The translations under genes and the position numbers were made by a program. The notes below the pieces were generated by a model. That model was not told where the DNA came from, did no database searches, and was given only the letters and a program-made list of their open reading frames with translations. DNA of 63,699 bases, the filler included, from Mitosporidium daphniae (Eukaryota), in NCBI RefSeq assembly GCF_000760515.2. It is 3 parts of 3 records of this genome, joined end to end, with 100 filler letters (N's around TTAATTAATTAA, not from the genome) between each part and the next. Parts side by side here need not be neighbours in the genome. Positions count along the whole stretch, not along the records: positions 44,621 to 63,699 come from NW_013546129.1; 2 more parts are not named here. The stretch is one strand, 5' to 3'. How positions within the stretch are numbered: the stretch's first letter is position 1; each line of letters opens with the position of its first letter. This document shows, one piece after another, positions 57,847 to 63,699 of the stretch.

Positions 57847-60234
57847 ATGATACCACACTCCAAAGACAGTGATGAGTGTCGTCATATTTTCTTTATTAAT
57901 TCTTGTCTAAATAGTATTCGTTGCGTTGAAATTATTTTGTAGACTACTTTGCGACGGATGAATTGGATCAATTAATAGGAGCGCCCGAGTTTCTTACTCT
58001 TGAAGAGGAGCTGTTGGATTACAAATATTTTTCTAGCAACATGAAGCCGGTATTTTTGTATTTTTATTTCCAGATAAAAAAAGAAGAGGCCACCGGGAAA
58101 AAGAAATCTGTCAACGACGTTCTCGGCCTTTCAAAATTTTCATCCCTCAATTTATCTATTAATTCCCGATTTTTATTAGATTCGCTAAAAAGTGATCACA
58201 CACCCGAAAATATCACGGCCAAGCTCGAGGATGAACAGCAGGAATTGCAAAAATTGCAATTCCACGACGCAATTCCATTGACAGGAACATTGGAGGAAGA
58301 AGTATCAAAGGCATCAATGACCGAGGTCGATTTTCGGCTTTATCCCTTTATACAAGTTTCCAAGTTGAAAAGGAAAGACTTCAAGTCTGCCCTGGTTAAT
58401 ATCCTTCTTGAAACGCGGGCCCAAAAGTCTAAATGGGTACTTGTGCTTGTCTCCTTTACTTGTAGAGCTCTTACGATCGTATTGGCCAGGATGAACTGTA
58501 CCCCCGTCTTGAAACGACCCTTAATATTTTGAAGAGCTTTACACCGGCTGCGACGCCATTTTTATCCAGAGTCAACAAAAGAGATGTGCCCAATTATTAC
58601 AATGTCGTAACGAATCCTATGGACTTGGGTACGATGGCCAAAAAGCTAAAAAATCTCACCTATTGGTCGAAGGCCGAGTTTTTCGACGATATCATGCTGA
58701 TATATAGCAATTGCTATCTTTTTAACCAAGGCGAAGTATGTGATTGTAGCTTATTATCTTTAGAATAACATCTTCCGACAGTATGCAGATCAGCTCTTGG
58801 AGAAAGCCAGGGATCTTCTTGAATCGGTCCCAGATATCAAAGTTTACCTTGTTGACAATGCCATCACTGACGTCTCAGCTCAACTAAACCATTGTGGCAA
58901 GTTTCCTGAAGAAACCCATGCCTTTGCAGACAGACCACAAATGGAAAAACGGATATTTTCGTCCTATTATTCGATTTGGAATGAGCTTTCCACACCGCTG
59001 TTCGCACCCAACTGCCATTTGGAAGAGCGGATGAGGTTTTTCACTTTTCGAAGAAAGCTGATCTCATCTCTTTGCCGCCAGCTGCCTTCTAGTTATGACT
59101 TGGAGTGTCCTTATTTAAATGCGAGTGTATTTAGGTCCTCTGATTACATGTGGATTGAATATTACTTTTCCGCTCGTCCATCTATCGCGTTGTCAAAAAA
59201 TACGAGTAATATCATTGACTCGTTTTGCTTTTTGAAAAGCACCCCTCCACAAACCATCAAAAGTGGCAAAGACTCCAAAGTGATGGACAGCCAATTCTTG
59301 TCGATGGACAGCCAATTCTCGTCGTCACCACGTTCACAGATAATTTCGTGCAAATTTAAAATTCCCTCCGAGTACAAATCTTCATTCTTGGTTGGTCTGC
59401 CCGAATACAATCCTTATTCGCTGTTTAACGGGCTGCCGGTTCTTTCCTTTAAAGAGCTGCGTCAAACTCCGCAAAAAAATCCCGAGTACAGATCACATGT
59501 CAACACTACTTTTCTTAATGTAATTGAAGATCTTGCTGCTTGTCGTCGGCTGAGAAATAACATTTTCGCCTTGAAGGAGAAGGTGTCAGTCGCCAAGATT
59601 CCAATTTCCTGCACAAATCTCGATCTCTCTATTGCTTCATTTCAAGAGTTCCGACACAAGGCGCAAGACTTTTTATCTGTAGTCTCGCAACAGCAATTTC
59701 CTCTTGTTGGGATTAGGAACCAGGTCAAATTCATTATACAGCATCTTTTATTATTCTGCGGCTTTGAAGGCAAGTGTCCTTGTTTTTACCCATCCATAGG
59801 GTTCTCGTCATATGCACTTTTCACATTCACTTCCGTGATCGTTTGTAAATTTAGCACATGGATTAACGAGTTGATCCATTTTTCGGATCATACAAAGTCA
59901 ATGGTACCCCATTTTCGCAATTAATTTTTAGTTTTCATATTTCCTATCGTCAAATGGATTGACATGCGAGCAGGCTCAAAACTATATAACCTGGTTTACA
60001 ACTCGATATCCGCTCAAAATTAGAAGCATCAAGGCCACCTTGGCCAAGGGCGTGCAAAAGCTCCAAGATGCGGCCGATGGTCTTTCTTGTAAATACTGTT
60101 CATCGGAGACCCCTGTGAAATGCCCTGTGCACCCGAACAGCGACGAGCCCAAGTTTGAGCCTGAAGACGAACGATCCTCTCAAGAGCACATGTCAACCAA
60201 TACCAATGGACAGCTCGCTGGCTCGGATTTATAA
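57847..60234 (+). CDS. SPT7: SAGA subunit Spt7 (bromodomain + histone fold)
   Basis: SKW|..DRIGQDELY, PFLSRVNKRDVPNYY..PMDLGTMAKKLK..YWSKAEFFDDIMLIYSNCYLFN, HLLLFCGFE; several short introns. Confidence 0.85.
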
Positions 60235-60307
60235 TGATCATCGGTTGCTTTGTTGTGTAGCCATCCTGTATTATAGTAGATATCCTTATATATTAAAATG
60301 TAACACT

Positions 60308-60841
<534 letters not shown>

Positions 60842-60922
60842 TAAAAATTTAAAATTAAACCCATGCAGTTTGTTTTAGATTCTTATATGGATTAAATTAT
60901 TATAAGTAGCCCATTTTGTTGA

Positions 60923-61004
60923 GGTCAGATGGCCGAGTGGTCTAAGGCGTGGCGTTAAGGCCGCCATCTCTTCGGGGGCGCGAGTTCGAACCTCGCTCTG
61001 ATCA
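60923..61004 (+). tRNA. tRNA-Leu(AAG)
   Basis: Acceptor GGTCAGA/TCTGATC-A, D arm TGGCCGAGTGGTCTAAGGC, anticodon arm TGGCG-TTAAGGC-CGCCA, long variable arm, GTTCGAACC, then TTTTT terminator. Confidence 0.96.
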
Positions 61005-61095
61005 TTTTTAAATTTTATTTTCGCGCCTTGCGATTGATCGCATTACAGTGATTTGTACTTTTTAAGTTTATTTCCCATCTTCGTTTTTGCCTGTT

Positions 61096-61968
61096 ATGTC
61101 CTCACAGCGCGATCATCATGTGTATCTTGCTAAACTAGCCGAACAAGCTGAAAGATATGATGGTATTTTATCATTTTTTATCTAGAAATGGTATCCCACA
61201 TGAAGTCTGTTTCGGAGCTTGGATTGGAGCTTACAATTGAGGAGCGCAATTTACTTTCAGTCGGATATAAGAATGTGATTGGCTCAAGAAGAGCCTCATG
61301 GAGGATAATTTCTTCCATCGAGCAAAAAGAGGAAATCCGGGCATCATCTTCTGGTAATAGCCCTGTTCTTGAATCCCGTCTGAAAGATATACGAGATTAC
61401 CGAGCAAAGGTCGAAAAGGAGCTTAATGATATCTGTCAGGATATTTTGTTGGTTCTTGAAAAGTATCTTATTCCAGCAGCTTCTACTGGCGAATCAAAGG
61501 TGTTTTACTACAAAATGAAGGGCGACTATTACCGCTACTTGGCTGAGTTTCTGATGGAGGATGAAAAAAAAGATGTCGCGGAAAAGTCCCACGACGCATA
61601 TAAGATGGCTACCGATATTTCAGAAAAAGACCTTGCTCCAACGCACCCCATCCGTCTTGGGTTGGCCTTAAACTATTCCGTATTTTTTTATGAGATAAAA
61701 AATTCTCCTGACAGGGCCTGTCAACTTGCAAAACAGGCGTTTGATGATGCGATTGCGGTGCTTGATACTCTTGGAGAGGAGTCCTACAAAGACAGTACCC
61801 TAATTATGCAATTGCTTCGCGACAATTTGACTCTATGGACCTCAGATATGCACGAGGGGGGAGGTACGCAAAAATTAAAATTTTATTCCAGTAGACGCTG
61901 AAAAATCTGAACTGCAGGCTTCAGAACCGGTGGCGGAACCCGGAGCATCATCGCAGGTTGCGAACTAA
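61096..61968 (+). CDS. 14-3-3 protein
   Basis: [59 protein letters not shown]; introns 61163-61185 (23 nt) and 61864-61894. Confidence 0.97.
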
Positions 61969-62028
61969 ATCGAACACTGAATAAATATAGGAAAGTATCT
62001 ACAGAATCATATCAGATAATGTGCCGTA

Positions 62029-63279
62029 TCATATAAGTGGGCCCCAGCCAAGTTGAGGATATAGCCCAGCGTCTGGGCGACCATTGGTGGGGTTGAAATA
62101 GGGGTCTTGCTGGAAGACATTCTGTGCCGTTGGTTGATACATTTTAGGAGCGGATCGGGGCTGAATCTGGTAAATCGGTTGAGAGTAAGCCTGCCGTGAA
62201 GAAAATATATCCCGGAACGTCATTGGTTTGGACCCGGACTGGAGCTCAAAATCTTGCATAGAAGGCTGTTCCAAAAGCACAGGCTTAAGGATTGAAGGCT
62301 TGTAAGATGTCAATTGTGAGGCCAAAGCTTGCAACACGGATGTTGGGGCTAACATGATCGGCGAAATCTGCGGAGATGGTGGTAATTGAGGCGACATAGC
62401 GGCAGGGGAAAGTTTGGAATAGCGCAGGTCCTCCAATTGGGTTATTGAGGAATTTCCCAATTGAGAAATGACGGAGGTAAGATTTTTTTGGCCTTCTAGA
62501 ATTGCTTTCATCATGTCAAGAAGTGGCTTGGTAAATATAGTTTCATTATGCCAAGGATGTTGAACAGCAGAGGAAGAGTCCAGCTCGCTAAAAGGGGGGT
62601 TTAGATTTTGGGACAAGTTGGATGCAAAGGGGACATCATTCCTCTTGACCAAGAATGGAACCAAATTATAAGGAAGACCTTTAGCCGGCATGCTGCCCTG
62701 ATTTTGGTTGAAAAAATTTTGAATGAGTGACAAGTTATTTAGGAAATATAACATGGACATGTCATTTGGCATCAACTTGGGTGCATCCAGCAAGGGCGGC
62801 CCTGGTGGGTCATAATGCAAATTGGGATTTTTGTGTAAACCTTCTGAAAATAAACGAAGGATGGCGGCATCTAAGGGAGTATGCGGACTATCCGGAGTAT
62901 CCGAAATATCAGGACCAGCTGCGTCAATGGTTGATTTTTCTGGTCTCGACTTGTTTAAAAGCGGGCGCGTCAAATCGCTTGAAGCTCCGCAAGGTTTTGT
63001 TGAAAGTCTGTGCTTCTCCGAGCCAGAGTCTTCTTTTATTAATCTCTTTTTCAAGCCTCTTTTACCTTCTTGATTTCTGGCTTTTTCTGCAGCGAAAGAT
63101 ACGTCAGAATTATTGCTCAGACTAGCTGGAGTTTCATTATCATCAAAATATTTTGGGGTGTACGAGTTGGAATCTTTATGGGGAAAGGTTGTTAAAGATA
63201 TAAACTCGGAACTGACAAGAGATTGGAGCACAAAAAGGCAACAAAGAATTCCGGACAACCAAAGAACACAATGTTTCAT
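62029..63279 (-). CDS. Predicted secreted Pro/Ser/Gln-rich orphan protein (~416 aa)
   Basis: Signal peptide MKHCVLWLSGILCCLFVLQSLVSS; intronless; no recognised domain. Confidence 0.7.
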   Translation of the reverse strand: MKHCVLWLSGILCCLFVLQSLVSSEFISLTTFPHKDSNSYTPKYFDDNETPASLSNNSDVSFAAEKARNQEGKRGLKKRLIKEDSGSEKHRLSTKPCGASSDLTRPLLNKSRPEKSTIDAAGPDISDTPDSPHTPLDAAILRLFSEGLHKNPNLHYDPPGPPLLDAPKLMPNDMSMLYFLNNLSLIQNFFNQNQGSMPAKGLPYNLVPFLVKRNDVPFASNLSQNLNPPFSELDSSSAVQHPWHNETIFTKPLLDMMKAILEGQKNLTSVISQLGNSSITQLEDLRYSKLSPAAMSPQLPPSPQISPIMLAPTSVLQALASQLTSYKPSILKPVLLEQPSMQDFELQSGSKPMTFRDIFSSRQAYSQPIYQIQPRSAPKMYQPTAQNVFQQDPYFNPTNGRPDAGLYPQLGWGPLI

Positions 63280-63699
63280 CGGATATGGAGACGCAACAGC
63301 GGACAATTGCATTCTTCAATTGAGCTTGGCATGCTAAATCAATTGGTCAAAAATAATTCCAATCGTTTTTTACGTTCAAATTTAAAAGTGCAAACTGTCA
63401 ATGCCATTTTAAAGCTGCATTTTAGACGTCAAGTTCAACCCAAAAGCCATTGTTATGATACTGATTCTCCATTTCAGAATCGATATCAGTGAATTATCAT
63501 TTTTTCAAATTTAACCATCTTTTTATTCCATCAAAGTTGAATGTCGAAAGTATTTTTTCCTAATTCACTTCAAGGGCGGTTTAGTAGAGTCCCCACGATG
63601 CTTGGTTTGAAAAGAGAAATGGCTCTGCATTTTTGTAAAAAAAATACTGACGCTGCTACAAATACCACTTTTCCTGAAGGGTTTCCCTCCTCTACGGAA

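Noticed and set aside
63313..63699. Possible gene fragment at the window end
   Set aside because: Only short frames with no recognisable motif; cannot be supported

Overview
Gene-dense eukaryotic nuclear DNA, not prokaryotic. About 45 protein genes on both strands are separated mostly by 20-150 bp AT-rich spacers and interrupted by many very short spliceosomal introns (mostly 23-37 nt), so the ORF track fragments or misses many genes (e.g. RPS30, the REC8 N-terminus, the ESC2/RAD60 SUMO-like domains, UBC4, BET3). Proteins are divergent but opisthokont/fungal-like. The mitochondrial set (TIM10, LIP2, carnitine carrier, SUV3, MDJ1, FMP25-like) fits a compact-genome Rozellomycota or short-branch microsporidian such as Mitosporidium or Paramicrosporidium; this is inference and was not checked by search. 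Two 100-nt N gaps carry a TTAATTAATTAA stop linker, so the window is three joined contigs. One tRNA-Leu(AAG) is present. Most notable: PCNA lacking the K164 ubiquitin/SUMO site; INTS4-, BRF2- and EED-like genes (machineries lost in budding yeast); meiotic REC8; an AT-rich island with a signal-peptide kinase beside a decayed DUF3638-type gene; telomere-repeat (telobox) motifs in promoters; and a few long, structured introns among the ultra-short ones. All family calls come from motif recognition by eye.
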